From Dehalococcoidia bacterium (lineage in GTDB: Bacteria; Chloroflexota; Dehalococcoidia; Lucifugimonadales; UBA3495), in NCBI GenBank assembly GCA_965203675.1, contig CBDBDE010000002.1, positions 600,990 through 664,989 of the forward strand: a DNA stretch of 64,000 bases. The letters run 5' to 3'. The translations under genes and the position numbers were made by a program. The notes beneath the pieces are model-generated. The model had not been told where the DNA came from. It saw nothing but the letters and a program-made list of their open reading frames with translations, and searched no databases. Shown here piece after piece: positions 36,124 to 45,402 of the stretch (position 1 is its first letter; every line of letters starts with the position of its first letter).

Positions 36124-39027
36124 ATGATGCCGCACCAGACGGAACCCAGCGCCAATAACGCCCTGGGGAACCTGCTCCGCAAGATGATGCGGGGCAGCGG
36201 GATTTACTCGGAAACAACGCAGACTTTCCCCGATTATCCGGGGCGGCACGCCGACGTGCTGCTGACGGCGCCGGGGCGGTCGCCGGTGGCCATCGAGGCG
36301 GAGTACCTGCCGGCGCCGGAGGCAGAAGACGACGCGAGGGCCCGGCTGGGCCTTCGCGTGGGCGGAGAGCCCCGGACAATAGAGGCGGCCGTCGCCGTGC
36401 GGTACCCGGCGGAGGTGGAGGGTGCCTACGACCTGGAAAAGACCCTGGCGGAGTGCCGCCTGTCCTACTGCGTGCTGTACGAGGACGGCAGCCGCTTCCC
36501 CGAATCCGGCTGGCTGAAAGGCGGGGTAGAGGACCTGGCCGACCTGGTGCGGCTGGTGTCGGTGCCCCAGAAGGAGGTGGACCTGGCGGCGGACAACTTG
36601 CAACAGGGCATCGAGACTGCGGCAACGGTCTTTGACCAACTGGACGGGACCTCCCCGGGGATTCCGCAGTCGCTGGCGCGGACGCTGGGCATGGCCAACG
36701 TGCCGCAGACCCGGCGGATGGCCTGCGCCATCATCGCCAACGCCCTGATTTTCCACGAGCGCATCGCGGGGATGTACGAGGGCATCAGGCCGCTGAACCT
36801 GGTGTGCGGGCCGGGAGTGGCTAATCCGCAGACCGTCACGCTGGCGGCGTGGGCGGACATCCTGAAAATCAACTACTGGCCGATCTTCGCCATCGCCCGG
36901 GACCTGCTGGGACAGGTATCGGCGGGAACGGCGGCGGAGATCCTGGCCACGCTGCGGGAGACGGCGCAACAGGTGGACTCGGCGGGAGTGACCAACGCCC
37001 ACGACCTGACGGGCCGCATCTTCCAGCGGCTCATCGCGGACCGGAAGTACCTGGCGACCTTCTACACCCTCCCCGCCTCGGCGGCCCTGCTGGCCCGGCT
37101 GGCGGTGGCGAAGATGGACGGGGTGGACTGGTCGGACGCAGAGGCCATCGGCAAGCTGCGGATTGGGGACTTCGCCTGCGGCACCGGGGCGCTGCTGTCG
37201 GCGGTGTACGAACAGATAGCGGCCCGCCACGAACGGGCCGGGGGAGACCCGGCGGCGTTGCACCGGGTGATGATGGAGGAAGTGCTGTACGGGTGCGACG
37301 TAATGCCCTCGGCGGCCCACATCACCAGCGCCACCCTTTCGGGGGTCCAGCCCGGCGTGGGATTCGGCAAGTCCCGGGTCTACACCATGCCCTACGGACG
37401 GCAATCGGACGGCACGGTAGCCATCGGGTCGCTGGAACTGCTGCAATCGTCCAACACGATGACGCTGTTCAACACCAGCGATCCGGCCTTGCAGACCGGG
37501 AGCCAGGGGGAAGAGACGGCGGCGCAGGTAAACGTGGACATTCCCGACGAGGGATTTGACCTGGTGATAATGAACCCGCCGTTCACCAGTAATACAAAAC
37601 ATCACGATGCTGACGACGGTGTGTTGAATGCTGCTTTCGCCGGCTACAACTCATCGGAAGTTGACCAGAACGAAATGGCTAACCGGCTCAGGAGATTGGC
37701 CCGCGGCATGACCTATCATGGGCACGCTGGGTTGGCGTCAGCTTTTGCATCGTTAGCACACCGAAAGCTCAAGCTAGGGGGTGTGATTGCTTTGGTTTTG
37801 CCCTTCACTGCTATCAACGGGGCATCATGGGGCAAGTTCAGAGAATTATTGGCAAAAAATTATTCTGAACTGGAGATTCTAAGCATCACCGCATCCGGGA
37901 ATGACATGTCATTTTCATCGGATACCGATATAGCGGAATGCCTAGTCATTGGTAGAAAGAATGTGGAGATCGAAAAAGAGTCTGAACTCCCACGAGCAAA
38001 TTTCACTTCTCTACGGAGACGGGCACAGGGATTCGCTCATGCGGCAACAGTTGCAAGCAGGGTAATTGGGAGAATATCCGCGCGTAGTATAGAGGATGGA
38101 CCATACGGCGGGACACCGTTAATGGTCGGAAATGAAATGGCAGGAGAGACGATTGCAGCACCTCTTTCGGATTACGAAAGCGGTTGGGGAACAGCCCGTC
38201 TAGCCGATGCCACCGTGTCACAAGTGGGACATTACCTAGCTGTTGGCAAGCTTTGGCTACCAAATATGCAGTCAGGCTTAGAGGTTCCCATGGTGCAGCT
38301 GGGCGAAATAGGACAATTAGGCGTCCACGACTCCATGTTGACATTGGCCACCCATCTTGGCCCGTTCACGAAAGAGCCACCCAGTCCGACGGCAACATAC
38401 CCAGCCCTTTACAACCACAATGCAAAGAGAGAAACCAGGCTGATTTGCGAACCTGATTCACAAATGCGTGTAAAGCAAGGGATGGAGGAAAGGGCTATCA
38501 AGCTTTGGGATACAGCCTCACGGTGTCTGATCAGCAGGGGGTTCCGTTTCAATTCACAACCTCTTGCAGTAGCTTTTGCGCAAAGCATTTGCCTCGGCGG
38601 GAGGGCATGGCCAAATGTAAAGTTGTCGAGCGAAAGGTTCGACTACGCATTTTCTATTTGGTGCAATAGCACCTTGGGGGTTATGGGCTATTGGCGCCAC
38701 TCGACCCGTCAGCAAGCAGGCCGAGGAGAAATGACTCGCGGTGGAATACGTCTTTTGCCCGTCCTGGACTTCCGCGAATTAACCGATTCGCAGTTGGCGA
38801 AGGCGGAGGAAATCTTCAACGAGTTCCGGGACAGGGAGCTGATGCCGGCCTACCTGGCGGATGCGGACCCGAACCGGGCCCTGCTGGACCGGCGGGTGGT
38901 GTGCGATCTGCTGGGGTTCGGGGAGGATGTTTACCAGGGGGTGCGGCGGCTGGCGGCCAAGTGGTGCGCCGAGCCATCGGTCCACGGCGGGAAGGCACGC
39001 CCCAAGGACGCGGGGCTGGTGATGTGA
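36124..39027 (+). CDS. Large gamma-class N6-adenine DNA methyltransferase, MmeI-like (type IIG-style) architecture
   Basis: 'ATFYTLPASAALLARL', motif I 'IGDFACGTGALLSAV', 'LYGCDVMPSAAHITSATL', motif IV 'FDLVIMNPPFTS', 'GGVIALVLPFTAI'. N-terminal 'HADVLL...VAIEAEY' resembles a PD-(D/E)xK core but lacks the Lys. About 400 aa of C-terminal TRD-like region. ATG 36124 preferred over TTG 36052. Confidence 0.8.
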   Translation: MMPHQTEPSANNALGNLLRKMMRGSGIYSETTQTFPDYPGRHADVLLTAPGRSPVAIEAEYLPAPEAEDDARARLGLRVGGEPRTIEAAVAVRYPAEVEGAYDLEKTLAECRLSYCVLYEDGSRFPESGWLKGGVEDLADLVRLVSVPQKEVDLAADNLQQGIETAATVFDQLDGTSPGIPQSLARTLGMANVPQTRRMACAIIANALIFHERIAGMYEGIRPLNLVCGPGVANPQTVTLAAWADILKINYWPIFAIARDLLGQVSAGTAAEILATLRETAQQVDSAGVTNAHDLTGRIFQRLIADRKYLATFYTLPASAALLARLAVAKMDGVDWSDAEAIGKLRIGDFACGTGALLSAVYEQIAARHERAGGDPAALHRVMMEEVLYGCDVMPSAAHITSATLSGVQPGVGFGKSRVYTMPYGRQSDGTVAIGSLELLQSSNTMTLFNTSDPALQTGSQGEETAAQVNVDIPDEGFDLVIMNPPFTSNTKHHDADDGVLNAAFAGYNSSEVDQNEMANRLRRLARGMTYHGHAGLASAFASLAHRKLKLGGVIALVLPFTAINGASWGKFRELLAKNYSELEILSITASGNDMSFSSDTDIAECLVIGRKNVEIEKESELPRANFTSLRRRAQGFAHAATVASRVIGRISARSIEDGPYGGTPLMVGNEMAGETIAAPLSDYESGWGTARLADATVSQVGHYLAVGKLWLPNMQSGLEVPMVQLGEIGQLGVHDSMLTLATHLGPFTKEPPSPTATYPALYNHNAKRETRLICEPDSQMRVKQGMEERAIKLWDTASRCLISRGFRFNSQPLAVAFAQSICLGGRAWPNVKLSSERFDYAFSIWCNSTLGVMGYWRHSTRQQAGRGEMTRGGIRLLPVLDFRELTDSQLAKAEEIFNEFRDRELMPAYLADADPNRALLDRRVVCDLLGFGEDVYQGVRRLAAKWCAEPSVHGGKARPKDAGLVM

Positions 39028-39046
39028 TGACGGGCCGGGGTAAGCC

Positions 39047-40270
39047 GTGAACCCGCTGGCGACCCTCAGCGTCGCACTGGCTTCCCTGGCAGCGAACAAG
39101 CTGCGGGCGGCGCTGACCCTGCTGGGGATAATCATCGGGGTCTCGGCGGTGATAACGCTGATGGCCATCGGCCGGGGCGTCCAGGACTCGATTACGGAAA
39201 ACCTGCGCTCCCTGGGGACCAACCTGCTGTTCGTGCAGCCCGCCGCATCAGGGGATGCAGCCGGAATGCTCACCCTGGAGGACGCTCTGGCCCTGGAAGA
39301 CCCCCTGTTCGCCCCCTCGGTGGTGGGGGTGGCCCCGGAACTCCGCAACAGCGGAACGGCCGTGGCGGGAAGGAACAACACCAACACCCAGATCGTGGGC
39401 GTCACCCCGCCCTACCAGGAGGTGCGCAACTTTCCCGTTGCCTCCGGCCAGTTCATCACCCACGGGCACGTTGACCAGATATCCCAGGTGGCGGTGCTGG
39501 GCTCCGAGGTGGCGCAGACGCTGTACGGCTTCCGCGACCCGGTGGGCCAGGCCCTGCGGCTGAACGGCCGGCAGTTCCAGGTGGTCGGGGTGCTGGAAAG
39601 CAAGGGCGGGTCCTTCCTGGGGTCCTTCGACGAGCAGGTGCTGGTGCCGATCACGACGGCCTACTACCGGCTGGGCGGAGAGCGGACGCCCCACGGCGGA
39701 GTCCAGGTGGGCAACATCAACGTCCAGGTTGCCAGCGTTGAGCAGGTGGACCAGGCAGTCCAGGAGGTCGCCACCGTGCTCCGGCTGCGGCACCGCATCA
39801 CCCGGGAGGACGACTTCGTCATCACCAGCCAGCAGGACACGGTGGAGGCGCTGACCGAGACCACCGACACCTTCATCATGTTCCTGGGCTCCATCGCCGG
39901 GATTTCCCTGCTGGTCGGCGGCATCGGGATCATGAACATCATGCTGGTGTCGGTGACGGAGAGGACCAGGGAAATCGGCATCCGCAAGGCCGTGGGGGCC
40001 AAGCGCCGGGACATCCTGCTCCAGTTCGTAGCCGAAGCGACGCTGCTGAGCCTGGGCGGGGGGGCCGCCGGGGTGGTGCTGGGCTGGCTCCTGGCCAACG
40101 CGCTGAACGGATCGGCTATCCTGGGAGGGCGTCCCACGCCCACCGCGGCCAGCCCGGACATCGCCATCCTGGCCTTGGCGGTGTCGGCGGGCATCGGGCT
40201 GTTCTTCGGGATTTACCCGGCCATCCGCGCGGCGTCGCTGCATCCCATCGAAGCCCTGCGGCACGAGTAG
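39047..40270 (+). CDS. ABC transporter permease (MacB/FtsX type)
   Basis: N-terminal TM, MacB periplasmic domain, and FtsX-type C-terminal 3-TM bundle with 'VSVTERTREIGIRKAVGAKRRDILLQF'. Confidence 0.85.
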   Translation: MNPLATLSVALASLAANKLRAALTLLGIIIGVSAVITLMAIGRGVQDSITENLRSLGTNLLFVQPAASGDAAGMLTLEDALALEDPLFAPSVVGVAPELRNSGTAVAGRNNTNTQIVGVTPPYQEVRNFPVASGQFITHGHVDQISQVAVLGSEVAQTLYGFRDPVGQALRLNGRQFQVVGVLESKGGSFLGSFDEQVLVPITTAYYRLGGERTPHGGVQVGNINVQVASVEQVDQAVQEVATVLRLRHRITREDDFVITSQQDTVEALTETTDTFIMFLGSIAGISLLVGGIGIMNIMLVSVTERTREIGIRKAVGAKRRDILLQFVAEATLLSLGGGAAGVVLGWLLANALNGSAILGGRPTPTAASPDIAILALAVSAGIGLFFGIYPAIRAASLHPIEALRHE

Positions 40271-40290
40271 GCCCGGCGAGGGAGGGAAAG

Positions 40291-40995
40291 GTGACCAAGT
40301 CATTCATAGCCCTGGCGATCATCGCAGCATTCCTGGGAGCAAGCTGGGGAGGAGCATTCATCGGCGGCATCGTCTACGGGGAGTACAGATCGGATGGCGG
40401 CCAACCCCAGGCCGCTCCCCGGTCGCCGGGCGGAGGACAGTTCACCCAGGCGGGGCGGAGCGGCGATGGGAGTGGTGGTGCAGGCGGAAGCGCGGGGCAA
40501 TCGCGCCAGGCCGGTTCAGGCCGTGGCGGGCCGAGCAACGGGGTGTTTACCCGGCAGGACGGGCGTACCGGCCAGCCGGGCGCCCAACCCGCACCGGGAC
40601 AGGACCGGGGCCCGGGATCAGATGCTGGAATGGATGCCCAGTCCTCCGCAGATGAGGCCGGCGGGCCTCCGACCCGTCCGGGTGCGGGACGGGGCGGCGT
40701 CCTGATGGGAACGATCAAGGGCGTGGCGGAAGGGAGCGTTCTCATCGTGACGGAGAGCGAAATGGAAGGCGGGACGGTATCAGCCGCCCTGTCGGAGGAA
40801 ACGGTGATCGTGACCGTGCGGAAAGCTGGGATTGATGACCTTTCCGAAGGAGTCCAGGTTGTGGCGCTGGGGCGGCGGGCCGGCGAGGAACTCACCGCAC
40901 GAGCCCTGCTTCTCAACCCGGATGGTGTGGACGTTTCCTTCCTGGGAGGGAAGCTATCCGGAGGGAGAGAGGACAGGGGAGTGCCGCAACCGTAG
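40291..40995 (+). CDS. Membrane-anchored Gly/Pro/Ser/Gln-rich hypothetical protein
   Basis: GTG start after GAGGGAGGGAAAG. One N-terminal TM, about 110 aa of low-complexity sequence, then a roughly 90-aa C-terminal globular-looking segment. Confidence 0.5.
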   Translation: MTKSFIALAIIAAFLGASWGGAFIGGIVYGEYRSDGGQPQAAPRSPGGGQFTQAGRSGDGSGGAGGSAGQSRQAGSGRGGPSNGVFTRQDGRTGQPGAQPAPGQDRGPGSDAGMDAQSSADEAGGPPTRPGAGRGGVLMGTIKGVAEGSVLIVTESEMEGGTVSAALSEETVIVTVRKAGIDDLSEGVQVVALGRRAGEELTARALLLNPDGVDVSFLGGKLSGGREDRGVPQP

Positions 40996-41043
40996 GGGTG
41001 GTACAATCCCGGTCACATTCTGGCCGGTTTTTCAGGTGATGCG

Positions 41044-42573
41044 ATGCGATACGACGTGGTGATTGTGGGAGCAGGTTCGGCTGGATGCGTCCTGGCGTCC
41101 CGGTTGTCCGAGGACCCGAACCGGACGGTGCTGCTGCTGGAAGCTGGGCCGGACTATCCCGACCCGTCGGCGGTGCCGGACGAGATCCGGTACGACATGA
41201 ACCAGGCGGCGTCCCAGGTGGACGCCCCGCACAACTGGTCTTTCGTGGGGCAGGCCACGCCGCAGGCGCGCGGACACGCCGCCGTGGCCCGGGGGAAGGT
41301 GGTCGGCGGGACCAGCTCCATCAACCACCAGATTTTCCTGCGGGGCGCCCCGGAGGACTACGACAACTGGGCGGCGCTGGGCAATGATGAATGGTCCTAC
41401 GTGAAGGTGCTGCCCTTCTTCCGCAAGCTGGAGACTGACACGGACATAACGGACGACTTTCACGGCTCCGACGGGCCGATCCCGGTGAGGCGGCACCCGA
41501 GGGAGTCGTGGCTGCCCATCCACGCGGCTTTCCACCGCGCTTGCATCGACGCCGGCTTCCCCGAGGACCCGGACATGAACCATCCCGACGGGACCGGGGT
41601 TGGGGCCGTTCCGCTGAACAACCCGGGCGGCGTGCGGATGAGCACGGCCCTCACCTACCTGAACGACTGCCGCCACCGCCTCAACCTGACCATCCGGGGC
41701 GGCGTCATGGTACACCGGGTGCTGTTCCAGGGCGAGCGGGCCGTGGGAGTGGAGGTGGGCAGCGGGGAAGAGACCTTCATCGTGGAGGGGCAGGAGATTA
41801 TCCTGAGCGCGGGGGCCATCCAGTCGCCGCAGCTATTGATGCTGTCCGGCGTGGGGCCGGCCGCCGAGCTGGAGCGGGTGGGGATTCCTCTGGTGAAGGA
41901 CCTCCCCGGGGTGGGGCAAAACATGAAGAACCACCCATCCGCGTCCATCCGGTTCCAGCCCGCCGAGGGCTTGACCCTGGACCCGGGAGCGCCCCGCAAC
42001 CAGGTGGCGCTCCGGTTTGCGCCCGCCGGATCGCGCACCCGCAATGACGTTCAGGTGCAGACCACATCGTCCAATCCGGTGGGCCAGCAGACGGTGGACA
42101 TTCGCATCGGCTGCCGGTTGGAGCTTCCCGACAGCCAGGGGAGCTTGACCCTGGAATCGGCCGACCCGTACCAGCAGCCCCGCCTGGACTACCAGTTCCT
42201 GTCCGAGCCGTGGGACCGGGAGCGAATGAGGGACGCGGTGCGTCGGATGGTGGAGCTGTTCAATCATCCGGCCTTCGAGGGCATCACCGGGGCGCGAATG
42301 GAGCCGGCGGAGGAGACCCTGGCCTCGGACGATGCCCTGGACCTGTGGCTGCAGCAGACGGTGTCCATCGCCGGTCACACGGCCTGCACCTGCCGGATGG
42401 GGCCGGAGGATGATCCGATGGCGGTGGTGGACCAGCACTGCCGGGTCTACGGCGTGGAGGGACTGCGGGTCGTCGATGCGTCGATAATGCCCGACTTGGT
42501 GCGGGCCAACACCAACGCGACGGCAATAATGATCGGAGAGAGAGCGGCGGATTTGATCCGGCAGGGGAAGTAA
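41044..42573 (+). CDS. GMC family oxidoreductase (choline dehydrogenase-like)
   Basis: 'YDVVIVGAGSAGCVLASRLSEDPNRTVLLLEAG' FAD fold, 'GKVVGGTSSINHQIF', and C-terminal 'GHTACTCRMGP...VVDASIMP'. Confidence 0.9.
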   Translation: MRYDVVIVGAGSAGCVLASRLSEDPNRTVLLLEAGPDYPDPSAVPDEIRYDMNQAASQVDAPHNWSFVGQATPQARGHAAVARGKVVGGTSSINHQIFLRGAPEDYDNWAALGNDEWSYVKVLPFFRKLETDTDITDDFHGSDGPIPVRRHPRESWLPIHAAFHRACIDAGFPEDPDMNHPDGTGVGAVPLNNPGGVRMSTALTYLNDCRHRLNLTIRGGVMVHRVLFQGERAVGVEVGSGEETFIVEGQEIILSAGAIQSPQLLMLSGVGPAAELERVGIPLVKDLPGVGQNMKNHPSASIRFQPAEGLTLDPGAPRNQVALRFAPAGSRTRNDVQVQTTSSNPVGQQTVDIRIGCRLELPDSQGSLTLESADPYQQPRLDYQFLSEPWDRERMRDAVRRMVELFNHPAFEGITGARMEPAEETLASDDALDLWLQQTVSIAGHTACTCRMGPEDDPMAVVDQHCRVYGVEGLRVVDASIMPDLVRANTNATAIMIGERAADLIRQGK

Positions 42574-42636
42574 GCTTATAGAAAGGTGGTTGGGGGCTTT
42601 GGCAGTATATCCAGCCGGGTGAATGAGGTCCAAAAC

Positions 42637-43023
42637 ATGGTCGCGACGGAAGAAGCTAGAAAAGTTTTCCAAGATGCGCGGGCGTTATATGAAGACGCCC
42701 TCGAAATGCTGGCCCAGGACAGAATCCGCAATGCCGCGGAAAAAGCGTGGGGAGCCACCAAGAGAGCAACGGACGCGCTGGTTCTGGCACGTACCGGGGA
42801 GTTGCCTGAACTACCGGCAGAGACGGCTCATGGCCTGCGCCTCCTACAGGCAGAGGATGAATCTGTTGAGGAAGCCCGTCTCGTTGCCAGGTACTACACC
42901 CGCCAGGGGTCACTCCACGGCCACTGTTTCTACATGGGTCTCTGCGACCCTATTGCAGACACGGAGCGCCGGATACGCGAGACAATTGACTATATCCGGG
43001 ACGCTGAGAACTTGGCATCATAA
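42637..43023 (+). CDS. Small helical protein, PaREP1/HEPN-like (tentative)
   Basis: 128 aa. 'AAEKAWGATKRATDALVLA' and 'GSLHGHCFYMG' align with 'ASEKVWGAANYALKAVAVQ' and 'ARAIHFNFYEN' of the paralog at 54819-55346. Confidence 0.5.
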   Translation: MVATEEARKVFQDARALYEDALEMLAQDRIRNAAEKAWGATKRATDALVLARTGELPELPAETAHGLRLLQAEDESVEEARLVARYYTRQGSLHGHCFYMGLCDPIADTERRIRETIDYIRDAENLAS

Positions 43024-43049
43024 ACTTGAGATTTCCCAAAGGAAGCAGA

Positions 43050-45281
43050 ATGGTTGTCACCAAGAACATCGGCCTGGCGACGCCCCGGCAGGACGGTGAG
43101 GCCAAGGTGACCGGGGCCACGCGGTACACCCAGGACCTGTCCCTCCCCGGGACGCTGTGGGGACGGTGCCTGCGCAGCCCGTTACCCCACGCGCGCATTA
43201 CCAGTATCGATACCTCGGCGGCGGAAGGACTGCCCGGCGTCCACGCCGTAATCACCGGGGCCGACGTGCGGGGACTGCGCTACGGCCGGCGCCTGCACGA
43301 CGTTCCGGTGCTGGCGGATGACCGGGTCCGGTTTGTGGGGGAGCGCGTGGTGGCGGTCGCGGCTGAGGACCGGGAAACGGCGGAGGCGGCGCTGCTGCTC
43401 ATCGACGTGACCTACGAGGAGCTTCCTGCCGTCTTCGACCCGAAGGAAGCCCTGGCCGGCGGAGCACCGGTCCTGCATCCCGACTATAACTCCTACGCGG
43501 GTATTCCCCGTCCTCTGGAGACGCTGTCCAACGCCTTTGTCACGGATACCTGGGGCAAGGGCAACGTGGAGGTCGGTTTCCTGGAAGCGGACCTGATCTT
43601 GGAGGGGACCTACTCGGTGCCCAGGCAGCACCAGGCCTACCTGGAAGGACACTCCTGCCTGGTGTGGGTCGACGAAGACGACCGGATCCAGGTGTGGGCC
43701 TCCAACAAGGTCCCATTCCAGGTGAAGGAACAGTTGACCATCGGGCTGGGCTTGCCGGAGGGCCGTATCCGGCTGAACCCGGTGGACATCGGCGGCGACT
43801 ATGGGGGGAAGGGCTCGCCGATGGACATTCCCGTGGCCTACTACCTGGCGGCGAAGACGGCGCGTCCGGTGCGGATGGCTATGGACTCGCTGGAGGAGTT
43901 CACCGCGGGCAATCCCCGTCACGCTGCGACCATCCACCTGAAAACAGGAGTCAAGCGGGACGGAACGCTGACCGCCCAGGAATCCCAGGTTTGGTTCAAC
44001 AGCGGCGCCTACGGGGGGTTCAAGCCGGCCCCCGGCTGCAACCTGGGCGGAGCGGCCAAGGCCGGCGGCCCTTACCGGATTCCCCACGTCCGGCTAACCG
44101 GCACCCAGGTCTACACCAACACCGTACCGGGCGGGTTCATGCGGGCGCCGGGGGAGCCCCAGGTAGTTTTCGCCGCCGAGTCGCACATGGACGAGATTGC
44201 CGCTCAACTGGGGTTGGATCCGGTGGAGTTCCGGCTCAAGAACCTGCTGCGTGAGGGGGACGTTGATCCGGTGGGGATGAGGTACCAGAACATACGGGCG
44301 CGCCAGACGGTGGAATCGGCGGTGGGGGCGTCCGGCTACCGGTCGCCCAAGCCTGACAACGTGGGCCGGGGGATAGCGGTGGGCGAGCGCACGACGGCCG
44401 GGGGCGAGTCCCACACGGCAGTAACCCTCCACCTCGACGGGTCGGTGGTGGTCAACTCATCCATCTTCGAGCCGGGCACCGGGACCTACACGGTCCTGAG
44501 CAAGATCGTGGCGGAGGAACTGGGCCTTCCGGTGGACCGGGTCTCGGTGGAGGTCTGGGACACCGACGCCGTTCCCTTCGACACGGGAGTGGGCGGCAGC
44601 CGGTCAACGCGCATGGCGGGAATGGCGGCCCTGGAGGCGTCGGCGGATGTGTCCCAGCAGTTGTACCGGGTGACCGGCGACCTGTTGGGGTGGCCGGAAG
44701 GCGAACTGTCCATCGAGGGGGACGACATCGTCCGGCGGGATACGGGAGAACGCTCACCGTGGGTAGACATCCTGGCTCGGATCGGCGGTCCGGTTTCCGG
44801 GCGGGGGACGGCGATGGATCCGGACCGGTCGCCGATAACGTCGTTTACGGCCCAGGTGGCGGAGGTGTCGGTGGACCCGGAGACGGGAGCGGTGCGTCTG
44901 GAGCGGCTGACCACCGCGCACGACGTGGGAACGGTGCTCAACCCGCTAGACCACCAGGGCCAGATAGAAGGCGCCGTGATCCAGGGAGTCGGGTTTGCGC
45001 TGACGGAAGAGCTGGGCGTTGAAGAGGGAAGGGTCTCCACTGTCAGCTTCGGGGACTACAAGATTCCGAATGTAGCGGATGTTCCTGTGCTGGATACGGT
45101 GGTGCTGGAGTCGGGTATGGGTTCGGGTCCGTACAACGCGAGGGGGATCGGGGAGAACCCCAGCGGGTGCGTCGCTCCCGCCATCGCCAACGCCGTAGCC
45201 GACGCGGTGGGGGCGCGGGTCAAGGAGCTGCCGGTGACGGCGGAGAGGGTGTACCGGGCCTTAAATGGTGAGGGCAGCTAG
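43050..45281 (+). CDS. Xanthine dehydrogenase family protein, molybdopterin-binding (large) subunit
   Basis: 'RQDGEAKVTGATRYTQDLSLPGTLWGRCLRSPLPHARITSID' and the XDH/aldehyde oxidase C-terminal region ('RGIGENPSGCVAPAIANAV'). Confidence 0.85.
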   Translation: MVVTKNIGLATPRQDGEAKVTGATRYTQDLSLPGTLWGRCLRSPLPHARITSIDTSAAEGLPGVHAVITGADVRGLRYGRRLHDVPVLADDRVRFVGERVVAVAAEDRETAEAALLLIDVTYEELPAVFDPKEALAGGAPVLHPDYNSYAGIPRPLETLSNAFVTDTWGKGNVEVGFLEADLILEGTYSVPRQHQAYLEGHSCLVWVDEDDRIQVWASNKVPFQVKEQLTIGLGLPEGRIRLNPVDIGGDYGGKGSPMDIPVAYYLAAKTARPVRMAMDSLEEFTAGNPRHAATIHLKTGVKRDGTLTAQESQVWFNSGAYGGFKPAPGCNLGGAAKAGGPYRIPHVRLTGTQVYTNTVPGGFMRAPGEPQVVFAAESHMDEIAAQLGLDPVEFRLKNLLREGDVDPVGMRYQNIRARQTVESAVGASGYRSPKPDNVGRGIAVGERTTAGGESHTAVTLHLDGSVVVNSSIFEPGTGTYTVLSKIVAEELGLPVDRVSVEVWDTDAVPFDTGVGGSRSTRMAGMAALEASADVSQQLYRVTGDLLGWPEGELSIEGDDIVRRDTGERSPWVDILARIGGPVSGRGTAMDPDRSPITSFTAQVAEVSVDPETGAVRLERLTTAHDVGTVLNPLDHQGQIEGAVIQGVGFALTEELGVEEGRVSTVSFGDYKIPNVADVPVLDTVVLESGMGSGPYNARGIGENPSGCVAPAIANAVADAVGARVKELPVTAERVYRALNGEGS

Positions 45282-45402
45282 TCAAGGGAAGCACTGGCTT
45301 GCCTTCCGTCGACAGAGTGTATAATTCCTGCAAGTCCCCTCCGAATGGGGAATCACGAGTTGGCCCATGTTTGGGCCGAGATTATGGAAGGAGGAACCTG
45401 GC

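Noticed and set aside
36054-39047. Possible duplicated junction flanking the methyltransferase insert ('GCCGGGGAGCCG' after the ATPase stop versus 'GCCGGGGTAAGCCG' before the permease start).
   Set aside because: The match is only about 12 nt in GC-rich DNA and requires an indel. It is too weak to call a target-site duplication or att site without comparative data.
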